DNA of 64,000 nt from a bacterium (GTDB lineage: Bacteria > UBA8248): assembly GCA_965199855.1 (NCBI GenBank), contig OZ241326.1:2528001-2592000 (forward strand), in the 5' to 3' direction. Within the stretch, counting starts at the first letter, position 1. The number at the start of each line of letters is the position of its first letter. Below are positions 53,225 to 61,031 of this stretch, piece by piece. The position numbers were made by a program, and so were the translations under genes. The notes beneath the pieces were generated by a model. That model ran no database searches. It was given only the letters and a program-made list of their open reading frames with translations, and was not told where the DNA came from.

Positions 53225-53312
53225 CGATTCCTGCGAATTTCTGCAAATTCAGACAAATTCACGGCCATTTGGCAACCATTTGCAGGCCGTTTCCCGGCCA
53301 TTTGAAGGCCAT
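53225..53312. repeat. Degenerate tandem repeats with 10-11 bp period
   Basis: gcgaatttct|gcaaattcag|acaaattcac|ggccatttggc|aaccatttgca|ggccgtttccc|ggccatttgaa|ggccat. Confidence 0.65.
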
Positions 53313-53386
53313 CCCCCCCTTTCATCATCCTTTGTCAGCCTCCGATTCGCCTGCCCGCCTCCTTGCGGGGCTTCTTCCGCGTCAGG

Positions 53387-53446
53387 AATATAACCCGATC
53401 CGGCCCGCTCCGGCAGCCGCAAATGCGGGCAGATTCGCGCAAATGC
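53387..53446 (-). promoter_or_regulatory. Inverted copy of the 21-bp motif (19/21 match) with -10-like TATATT 24 nt downstream
   Basis: ccgcaaatgcgggcagattcg at 53417-53437, followed by a third cgcaaatgcg unit. AATATA at 53387-53392. Confidence 0.5.
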
Positions 53447-53768
53447 GCGCGGCCTCACGAAAATCGCTCAGGCGGCGCGATTTTCACGGGAAACATCCGA
53501 CTCCCGGGGCGTGAGGAGGCCGCCGAGATTCCGGCGGAGGGCGGACGAGCCGCGGGAACATCCGGCTTCCGGGGGGAAGAGGCGGCCTCGCCGAGCGGAA
53601 AGAGTTGAAAACGCAAGGGTTTCCCAGCCCGATTCCGTCATGCTCCGCTTCGCGGCCTCTTCCGTTCGCCGGCGACGGGAAGCCGCGCGTCCGGGCCCCA
53701 AAACATGGTTTCAGCCTCCCCGTCCTCGGCCGAATGCGATGTTTTTTCAGAAAATCGGCGTCCACCCG

Positions 53769-53820
53769 CGCATTTGCCCGCATTTGCGGGACGAACAGCC
53801 GCGCCTCGCTTCCATATAGT
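53769..53820 (+). promoter_or_regulatory. 21-bp motif CGCATTTGCCCGCATTTGCGG with -10-like TATAGT 25 nt downstream
   Basis: Exact copy of 60896-60916. Precedes the tail-like operon. Confidence 0.6.
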
Positions 53821-53915
53821 CCCCCGACGCCGCCCGCTTTCGCGCTGAAGCGGCGGCCGGGACGCGACGGGACAAATTCGCCCTCCCGAAACGGAGGCTT
53901 CATCCCGGAGGTGAG

Positions 53916-54995
53916 ATGGGACATCGCTTCATGTATCGAAACTTCATCGACGACGCGGCGGCCATCAGCGCCTCTTCCGCAGAAAAGGGCTTCGTCGGCG
54001 CGGGCGCGCCCCGCGTCGCCAACGGGAGCGGGACGATGATTTTCTCGGGCGCCTACGCCGGAGACGACAGCGAAGTCTATACCGTGGAAATCGACGCCCC
54101 GGGCGACGCGGGCGGCGCCCGCTTCAGGTGGCGAAAAACCTCGACCTCCGGGGACGACTGGGAAGCCTCGAGCGTTCTCACCGCGCTGCGGGACGTCGCC
54201 CTGGATTCGGGCGTGAAGGTGCGCTTCGTCAACGGCGCGGATTCGCCGGCGTTTCCTCTGGGAGATCGCTGGCAGGCCGCGGCGAGCCGCCCGCGCTCGC
54301 CGAAAGGAATTTACGACCTCGACCCCGGCGCCGGGGTGAGGAGCGCCTCGCCGCCCGAGGACCCCTGGTCGCTCGCCGTCGATTTCGGCGCGGCGAAATC
54401 TCCCGACGTCCTCATCGTTCATCGCCACAATTTCTCGTCGGTAGCGAGGCTCAAGATTCAGGCGAACGCCTCGGCGAGCTGGCGCGCGCCCGCGCTGGAG
54501 GAAGCGGTCGCCTGGCGAAGCGGCGCGCTCGTCCACTATCTCGCCGCGAAGCCCCGCTCCCATCGCCATTGGCGTCTTCTCGTGGAAGGCGACGCCGCCA
54601 ACCCGGACGCCTATCTGGAGGCCTCGGAAATCTATCTGGGCGGCTTTTTCGAGCCCGCCGAGCACTTCTGGCTCGAAAACGTGGTGGGGGAGGAGGCCTT
54701 CGAGGAGCCGGGCCGCAAGGGGAGCGGGGCGGGACGCCCGACGCTCCTGAACCGCGGCCGCGCGGCCATCCTCCCCTACCGGCGCGTCTCCGGCCGGCAG
54801 CGCGCCGAGTTTCTCGCCATGTACCGGGCGGTGAAGGACATTGAGGCGGGACGCGCCAAGCCGCTGTTCGCCCATCTGGACGTGGACGACCCCGCCTCGC
54901 TCATGCTCGCCGACCTCGTGGGCGGCTTCCTGCCGCGCCAGGAGGGGCCGGATGATTTCTCCTTCGATCTCGAACTCAGGGAAAGGCTGCCATGA
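53916..54995 (+). CDS. Hypothetical phage tail-tip (distal-tail-like) protein with a beta-sandwich/discoidin-like segment
   Basis: SD GGAGGTG. WSLAVDFG...HRHNFS and RHWRLLVEGDAANPDAYLEASEIYLG recall uncharacterised phage tail proteins. First gene of a coupled operon. Confidence 0.55.
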   Translation: MGHRFMYRNFIDDAAAISASSAEKGFVGAGAPRVANGSGTMIFSGAYAGDDSEVYTVEIDAPGDAGGARFRWRKTSTSGDDWEASSVLTALRDVALDSGVKVRFVNGADSPAFPLGDRWQAAASRPRSPKGIYDLDPGAGVRSASPPEDPWSLAVDFGAAKSPDVLIVHRHNFSSVARLKIQANASASWRAPALEEAVAWRSGALVHYLAAKPRSHRHWRLLVEGDAANPDAYLEASEIYLGGFFEPAEHFWLENVVGEEAFEEPGRKGSGAGRPTLLNRGRAAILPYRRVSGRQRAEFLAMYRAVKDIEAGRAKPLFAHLDVDDPASLMLADLVGGFLPRQEGPDDFSFDLELRERLP

Positions 54996-55521
54996 GAGAG
55001 GCCACGGAGCGGGCCATCGCGGACATCGCCCGGCACGAGGGGAGAAACGCCTTCGTCCTCTACCATCTGTCCACCGGCGGCGGAAAGCGCGTGTTTTGCG
55101 CGAAGCGCCCCCCCGACTCCCTGATCGGACAGGGCGGAGGAGTCCATTTTCTGGAGGGAGCGCGGGTTCTCGACGGCTCCCTTCCTCTCGGCGAGGGAGC
55201 GGAAGTCCTGCTCGGCGTTCACGACTGGGTGGAGGACGGCGGCCGCTTCTCCCTCGGCGCGCTCCGGGGGACTTCCGCCCTCGAAGCCTTTCGGGAAAAG
55301 GAACTCTCCGGCCTCTCGATATCCATCAGCAACGCGCCCGACGCGGACGGACGCGCCCGCATGAGCCGCATCCTCGCCTCGGAGCCGCTCCTGGGCGGGC
55401 GGCTGGACGTCCGCGTCGGGTTCTCGGGCGGAACCATAGCCGACGTTCGCTCGCGAGCTTCGCCGTCCGCCGAATCATCGAACGCGCCGACCGGGTAATC
55501 ATCGAGTGCGAGGGCAGCTAG
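54992..55521 (+). CDS. Hypothetical phage tail-associated protein, probably frameshifted near 55445
   Basis: ATGA overlap with the previous gene. The annotated frame stops at 55498, while the -1 frame gives SLASFAVRRIIERADRVIIECEGS ending in TAG directly before the next ATG at 55522. Confidence 0.55.
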
Positions 55522-56733
55522 ATGGCCGACCTGACGAAGGATCGCCTCTCGGATTCCTTTCAAATGCGGCGCGCCTCGACATACGACGCGCCCGAATTCG
55601 AGGATCAGAGCCTCCCCGTCATCTACGGCGATCTGACCATCCCGCCCTGCGAGCGCGCGGGCGTCTATGCGCTCCCGAAAATCGACGAGAGGGGCGCGGG
55701 AGCCTACTGCGTCGCCGCGCACGAAATAGAAGGGGAAGTCAGCCTCTTCGACGACGACGGTCGCATCGGGACGGGCGATTACGCTCTGGCGCTCTCCCAG
55801 GACTACCAGGGTAAGGGCGTCATCGCGGTCGCCGCCTTCTCCGCGGAACCCAGAGGCCGCGTAACCGCGGTATGCAGAGGCAGGAAGGACGCGGCGGGGA
55901 GGCTGATCGAAAACCCCGCCGACGTCGTTCGGGACCTGATGACGAACGTCTGGGGGTTCGGCGAGCGGGACATCGACATGCCGGCCCTCTCGCGCGCGGC
56001 GGCGCGCGCGGACGCGCTCGGCTACCGGGCGGGCGGGATGCTCCTCGACGACCACGCGCCCGCCGACGTTCTCACTGCGCTTCTGGGCGATTTTCTGGGC
56101 CGCTACGAAATCGACCCCTTCGGCCGCCTGGCGATCCGCATCGCCGGCGCGGAGCCGTCCTCCAGGCTCCCCGCAAAGGTTCTCCCCCGCTTCGGCGAGG
56201 CGCGCGTCGAGGCGGAAGTCTCGCGCGACTCCATCATCAATCAGGCGCCCGCGCTCTACGCGAGAGACTACCTCCACGGGCGCTATCTCAAGCACGACGA
56301 CGGAGAGGCGGCCAAAAGCGTCTCCTCCCAGAGGCTCTACGGCGTCAGGAGGCCTCCGCAAGGCCCGCTCAGGCTCGAATGGGTTCGGCGCGAGAGCGTG
56401 GCCGCCGCAATCCAGGCGCGCATCGTGGAGCGCTGCCGCAGACCCGCCCGGATGATCACCTTCGAGAACGCCACCCTGCGGACGCTCGAAGTCGAACCCG
56501 ACGACTACGTGGCCTTCAGCGTTCCCTGGATGCGATCCGAGAATCTCGAACCCCTCCTCAACCGGATCGGAGAGGTGATCGAGGTGAACTACGACCTGGA
56601 CGAGCAGGCCATGGAGCTCAAAATCCGGGACGCCGAATTCTTCCTGACGACCGCCTCTCCCCTGGGAGGCGTCAAAACCCTGGAAGGCGGCTGGCTGCTG
56701 GGAGCCGAGCGCGACGCCGCCGCCTACGCATAA
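55522..56733 (+). CDS. Putative phage tail hub/Tal-like protein
   Basis: LPVIYGD and LIENPADVVRDLM motifs typical of tail-tip proteins, and a C-terminal LEVEPDDYV...IEVNYDL beta segment. Confidence 0.6.
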   Translation: MADLTKDRLSDSFQMRRASTYDAPEFEDQSLPVIYGDLTIPPCERAGVYALPKIDERGAGAYCVAAHEIEGEVSLFDDDGRIGTGDYALALSQDYQGKGVIAVAAFSAEPRGRVTAVCRGRKDAAGRLIENPADVVRDLMTNVWGFGERDIDMPALSRAAARADALGYRAGGMLLDDHAPADVLTALLGDFLGRYEIDPFGRLAIRIAGAEPSSRLPAKVLPRFGEARVEAEVSRDSIINQAPALYARDYLHGRYLKHDDGEAAKSVSSQRLYGVRRPPQGPLRLEWVRRESVAAAIQARIVERCRRPARMITFENATLRTLEVEPDDYVAFSVPWMRSENLEPLLNRIGEVIEVNYDLDEQAMELKIRDAEFFLTTASPLGGVKTLEGGWLLGAERDAAAYA

Positions 56734-56746
56734 AGGAGAGAGGACG

Positions 56747-57688
56747 ATGCCCATCGGCGCTGATCTGTCCGCCCGCTACACCGAGGAAGCCGTCGGCGGC
56801 GACCACCCGACGAAAGCCCGCGTCATCGACCGTCTGGCGCTCGCCGCCCTGTTCCCGGACGGGAAAATCAGGGCCGGCAGGCTGCCCATCGAATGCGCGG
56901 GCAGGCTCGACTACGTGAACGCCACCACCCTGGCGTTCAAGCCGGCGCTCAATTCCGTCCATCATCCCGCCATTCCGAATCCCGTGGCGGGCCGCCACGC
57001 GCCCTTCATCGACGGGAGCTCGGGCGAGGTCTATTACGAGGACCTGCCCTGGGCGGGAATCACGGCGACGAACGCGGGCCTTGCGGCGGGCCGCGTCTAT
57101 GCGGTTTTCGTCCGGGACGACAAGGGCGCGCTCAAGCTCGAATTCGACGGCTCGGGGACGTGGACGCTCGATTCCGCCACGGGACTCGCGCACAAGACGG
57201 GCGACGCGAGCCGCACCCTCGTCGGCATCGCGAGGACGAACGACTCCTCGCAGTTCGTTCTCGCCGACGACGTGTTCGTCAGAAGCTTCTGGAACCGGGC
57301 GGAATACGCCGCCGAATCCAGGGGCGTCCTCGCCGTCACCACCTCGACGACCTGGGCCTCGATCGCCACGCACGCGGTTCTGCTGTGGCCGGGCTATGAC
57401 GTCGTGCACCAGGCGGCGGGCGGACAGGGCTGGGTGAATTCGGCGATCGCGCCGGGGCGGCTGGGGCTGGACATGGGCCTCGACCTCTACAACAAAACGA
57501 CGCAGGCCTACCCGGAAGTCGAAGTCATCGGCTCGGCGAGCGGCGAGAAGGACAATTTCGGGGTGGTGAGAACGCGAACCTACAAGGGAAGGCTCGCCCG
57601 GTCGTACTCCGCGCTCGTCTTTCGCGCCGCGCGCCCGGCCACGCTGAGCGTAGGCGACTATTCCTTTCAAAGCGTCTTGTGGATTTAG
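56747..57688 (+). CDS. Putative tail fibre/receptor-binding protein
   Basis: SD AAGGAG. Thr/Ser/Gly/Ala-rich beta-type sequence positioned after the hub-like gene. Confidence 0.5.
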   Translation: MPIGADLSARYTEEAVGGDHPTKARVIDRLALAALFPDGKIRAGRLPIECAGRLDYVNATTLAFKPALNSVHHPAIPNPVAGRHAPFIDGSSGEVYYEDLPWAGITATNAGLAAGRVYAVFVRDDKGALKLEFDGSGTWTLDSATGLAHKTGDASRTLVGIARTNDSSQFVLADDVFVRSFWNRAEYAAESRGVLAVTTSTTWASIATHAVLLWPGYDVVHQAAGGQGWVNSAIAPGRLGLDMGLDLYNKTTQAYPEVEVIGSASGEKDNFGVVRTRTYKGRLARSYSALVFRAARPATLSVGDYSFQSVLWI

Positions 57689-57697
57689 GAGGGCGAC

Positions 57698-58393
57698 ATG
57701 GAAATCGAGGTGACCAAAGGCGTCGGCGCGCATTTTCAGGGAGAACTGGAGGCGGCCGGACTCGCGCATCTCTGCCTGGGCTGCGCGCACAGGCGCAAGG
57801 CGAACAGGATTCCCGACCCCGACTGGCGGCCCGCCCCCGGCGAGGCGGAATCCGCCCGTCCCGAAACCGAGGGGCCCGGGGCGGATTCGTGGATTCTCCA
57901 TCTCGCCGACGAGAGTACAGAAGCGGAGCGCGAAGCCGTTCTCGCCGTTCACGAGGCGCACGAGCCCGACGGCCTCGCGCGAATCCACAGGGATGAGGCG
58001 AAGAAGAAGCTCGGCCTGCTGCTCAACGCCGCGAAGGAGCGCGCCGCGGACGCGACGCCCGGCGCGCTGGGCGGCAAGCTGGCCGAGTATGAGGAAAAAG
58101 CCAGGCTCATCGAAGCCTGGGTGAGGGATGCGGATCCGGCGAAGCTCGAAAAGCCCGCCTTCGCGCTCGTCAAGAACAGAAAAGACGCCCACCCGGCGCG
58201 CTACGCGACGGGTCAGAGCGTGGTGGACGAATGGAAGGCCATGAGAGCGGCGCTGCTCGGCAAATTCGCCTCGCTCGTGAAAATCTACGACGAGGGCGTG
58301 CGCGACGCCCGGGACGCGGGCGCGACCCCCACCCGCGCCGCCCTCGACGCCAGGATCGAGGAGGCCGCCGCCTCTTTCGACGCCGCGCGCTGA
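57698..58393 (+). CDS. Hypothetical protein, possible tail fibre assembly chaperone
   Basis: SD AGGAGG. Helical C-terminal half (EYEEKARLIEAW...VVDEWKA), directly after the fibre-like gene. Confidence 0.45.
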   Translation: MEIEVTKGVGAHFQGELEAAGLAHLCLGCAHRRKANRIPDPDWRPAPGEAESARPETEGPGADSWILHLADESTEAEREAVLAVHEAHEPDGLARIHRDEAKKKLGLLLNAAKERAADATPGALGGKLAEYEEKARLIEAWVRDADPAKLEKPAFALVKNRKDAHPARYATGQSVVDEWKAMRAALLGKFASLVKIYDEGVRDARDAGATPTRAALDARIEEAAASFDAAR

Positions 58394-58761
58394 TGTCCTC
58401 GGAATCGAACGGAAAAGGGCTTCAGATTTTTCTGGCCATCCTGAGCATCGCGGGCCTCGGGGTCGCCGCCTACACCCCGCTCTACAATCAAATCGTGAAC
58501 GTGGAGGCGCGCCTGGCGGCCCACATGCGCGAGCGCGGCCACCCCTGGCTGCTGGAGAAAAACGCGGGCGCGCGGGTGCGCTTCCAGGAGGTGGAAACCC
58601 GGCTGCGGGAAGCGAAGACGATAGCCGACCTCAGATTCCACGAACTCAAGGAAGCGTCGATGAAGAAAACGCGCGCGGACGCGCGGGCGTTCGAGCGGAT
58701 GCTCCGCCGTCTGCGCGAGGTCGAACTCGCGCTCGCCAGACTGAGCGAGCGCCTCGAATAA
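58393..58761 (+). CDS. Single-TM coiled-coil membrane protein (holin/antiholin-like position)
   Basis: TGATG coupling. Hydrophobic LQIFLAILSIAGLGVAAY segment followed by a coiled coil. Confidence 0.6.
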   Translation: MSSESNGKGLQIFLAILSIAGLGVAAYTPLYNQIVNVEARLAAHMRERGHPWLLEKNAGARVRFQEVETRLREAKTIADLRFHELKEASMKKTRADARAFERMLRRLREVELALARLSERLE

Positions 58762-58772
58762 GGAGAGCGTCC

Positions 58773-58895
58773 ATGATTCCCCACCTTCTCGCCGCGCTGT
58801 TCGCGGTCGCCGTCCCCGTTTGCGTCATCGCGGCGGTCGATCCGCGCCTCATCACGAATCATCTGTGGCATTTCATCAACCCCTGGGCGGACTAG
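58773..58895 (+). CDS. 40-aa hydrophobic small protein
   Basis: Not in the ORF track. SD AAGGAG then ATG; translates as MIPHLLAALFAVAVPVCVIAAVDPRLITNHLWHFINPWAD. Confidence 0.55.
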   Translation: MIPHLLAALFAVAVPVCVIAAVDPRLITNHLWHFINPWAD

Positions 58896-59050
58896 GTGGT
58901 ACCAACTCCAGGGGTGCGCAGGCTGGCGAGGACGCCCGCGCCGAAGCCGGGCCGGCGCTTCATGCCGGGGGATGCCTCTCCTTGCTTCACGCGGGAATAT
59001 GATGCAAGTTTCCCGCGAGCGAATCATTCCCCGCCTGCCCGGAGACGAGA

Positions 59051-59605
59051 ATGCCTTTCGCGTCTCGAGGCCGCGCCTACAGAGTCGTCTTCAGCCTCGC
59101 CCTGCCGTGCTTCCTGATTGCAGCCTGCGCGCCTCTGGAGTTGGGACCACGGGGAACAGACACGCGGACGTACGGAAGGTGCGGCGTCATCACCTTGATA
59201 GATCACCTGAAGGGCGAAACGAACCATACGCTCACCTGCCTCGGCTTCGCCGATGGCTCTCCGGGATCAGAACGCCCGGCAGCGGGACTGAATTGCCTCC
59301 CCGATAATTCGCTCGTTCTCGTTCTATATCCAGGCAAGGCGCAGTCGCATTCCGGGCAGCTCATCAACGTTCGCTATCGCTTCAATCAACGCGCGACTGT
59401 GGAAAAAGCCTGGTTTTGGGGGCAAGAAAAACAAATGGCGGGTACCCTATCCGACGTTCTCATAAAAGATTTTCTACGCGGCATGGCGGGGGGGGAACGC
59501 CTCACCTTTGAAGTCGGAGACAGATGGGCGATCATTTCCTTCACCGGAGACACCACAGGCGCCATCAACGATTTCCGGAGCCGCTGCGCCGCGCTGAAAA
59601 AATAA
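59051..59605 (+). CDS. Putative lipoprotein, copy 1
   Basis: Basic N-region, hydrophobic stretch, lipobox IAAC, and four further Cys in the mature part. Confidence 0.75.
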   Translation: MPFASRGRAYRVVFSLALPCFLIAACAPLELGPRGTDTRTYGRCGVITLIDHLKGETNHTLTCLGFADGSPGSERPAAGLNCLPDNSLVLVLYPGKAQSHSGQLINVRYRFNQRATVEKAWFWGQEKQMAGTLSDVLIKDFLRGMAGGERLTFEVGDRWAIISFTGDTTGAINDFRSRCAALKK

Positions 59606-59659
59606 ACGCGCCCAACCGACCGGGGCGAGAGCGGACGAACGCCGCTCAAGGAGACGAGA

Positions 59660-60214
59660 ATGAATCCGGCGTCCCGGAGCCGCATCCACAGAGTCGTCTT
59701 CAGCCTCGCCCTGCCGTGCTTCCTGATTGTAGCCTGCGCGCCTCTGGAGTTGGGACCACGGGGAACAGACACGCGGACGTACGGAAGGTGCGGCGTCATC
59801 ACGTTGGAAGGCGGATCGCCCGATAAGACGAGACATTCCCTCACATGCCTCGGCGTCGCCGATGAATCTCCGGGAGACGACAGACCGGCCGTAATAATCG
59901 GCTGCTATACCGAGACCCCAGCCATCGGCATGTTGCGCTCAGGCAAGGCGAAGTTTCATTCCGGGTCGCTCATCGAGGTACGCTATCGCTTCAATCAACG
60001 TCCACTCATAGAACAAATTTGGGTTTGGGTACAGAAAGAGCAAATGGCGGGGACTCCCTCTCGGACCGTCATAGATGACTTGTTGCGCGGCATAGCGGCG
60101 CGGGAGCGCCTTATTTTTGAAATTGGGGAAGATTGGGCTATAATTTCCTTTACTGGAGACACCACAGGCGCCATCAACGACTTCCGGAGCCGTTGCGCCG
60201 CTCTGAAAAAATAA
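59660..60214 (+). CDS. Putative lipoprotein, copy 2 (divergent core)
   Basis: Lipobox IVAC. Same ends as copies 1 and 3 but a substituted core. Confidence 0.75.
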   Translation: MNPASRSRIHRVVFSLALPCFLIVACAPLELGPRGTDTRTYGRCGVITLEGGSPDKTRHSLTCLGVADESPGDDRPAVIIGCYTETPAIGMLRSGKAKFHSGSLIEVRYRFNQRPLIEQIWVWVQKEQMAGTPSRTVIDDLLRGIAARERLIFEIGEDWAIISFTGDTTGAINDFRSRCAALKK

Positions 60215-60271
60215 AGCCGCGCCCAACCGACCGGGGCGAGAGCGGACGAACGCCGCTCAAGGGAGACGAGA

Positions 60272-60828
60272 ATGAACCCGGCGTCCCGGAGCCGCATCCA
60301 CAGAGGCGTCTTCAGCCTCGCCCTGCCGTGCTTCCTGATTACAGCCTGCGCGCCTCTGGAGTTGGGACCACGGGGAACAGACACGCGGACGTACGGAAGG
60401 TGCGGCGTCATCACCTTGATAGATCACCTGAAGGGCGAAACGAGCCATACGCTCACCTGCCTCGGCTTCGCCGATGGCTCTCCGGGATCAGAACGCCCGG
60501 CAGCGGGACTGAATTGCCTCCCCGATGCTTCGCTCGGACTTACTCTATATCCAGGCAAGGCGCAGTCGCATTCCGGGCAGCTCATCAACGTTCGCTATCG
60601 CTTCAATCAACGCGCGACTGTGGAAAAAGCCTGGTTTTGGGTCCCAGAGAAGCAAATGGCGGGCACTCTGTCCGACGTTCTCATAAAAGATTTTCTACGC
60701 GGCATGGCGGCGCGGGAGCGCCTCACCTTCGAGGCCGGGGAGACAGATGGGCGACCATTCCCTTCACCGGGGACACCACAGGCGCCATCAACGACTTCCG
60801 GAGCCGCTGCGCCGCGCTGAAAAAATAA
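60272..60828 (+). pseudogene. Putative lipoprotein, copy 3, frameshifted
   Basis: Two extra G at 60737-60740 relative to copy 1 (GCCGGGGAGAC versus GTCGGAGAC) move the conserved C-terminus FTGDTTGAINDFRSRCAALKK out of frame. Confidence 0.75.
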
Positions 60829-60895
60829 AGCCGCGCCCAACCGACCGGAGCGTTTCCTCCCTCCAAAGCCCCTGAACGCGGAAAATACAAGACGC

Positions 60896-60947
60896 CGCAT
60901 TTGCCCGCATTTGCGGTTTTTTCTCCTCCTAGCGGCTCCAATACACT
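60896..60947 (+). promoter_or_regulatory. 21-bp motif with -10-like TACACT 25 nt downstream
   Basis: Exact copy of 53769-53789 with identical spacing to the hexamer. Precedes the tape-measure-like gene. Confidence 0.6.
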
Positions 60948-61031
60948 GCGCCCTTCCCCGCCGCGGGGAGCGACGGGGCGCGGGCCCGCGCCGCGTGTTG
61001 TTCAGGCATTGCATTTCAAAGGGAGAGCCCT

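Larger units (their letters stand above)
59041..60848 (+). repeat. Three tandem ~610-bp gene-sized repeat units
   Basis: Near-identical 5' and 3' segments and spacers. Start codons at 59051, 59660 and 60272. Confidence 0.95.

Noticed and set aside
53029-53915. Possible CRISPR array, tRNA or known ncRNA in the long intergenic region
   Set aside because: No 25-45 bp repeats with unique spacers, no cloverleaf/T-loop, no recognisable RNA family. The 9-bp stem at 53516/53581 is plausible by chance at this GC.
59041-60848. Diversity-generating retroelement template/variable repeat pair
   Set aside because: No reverse transcriptase in the window, differences are not adenine-specific, and the repeats are whole genes.
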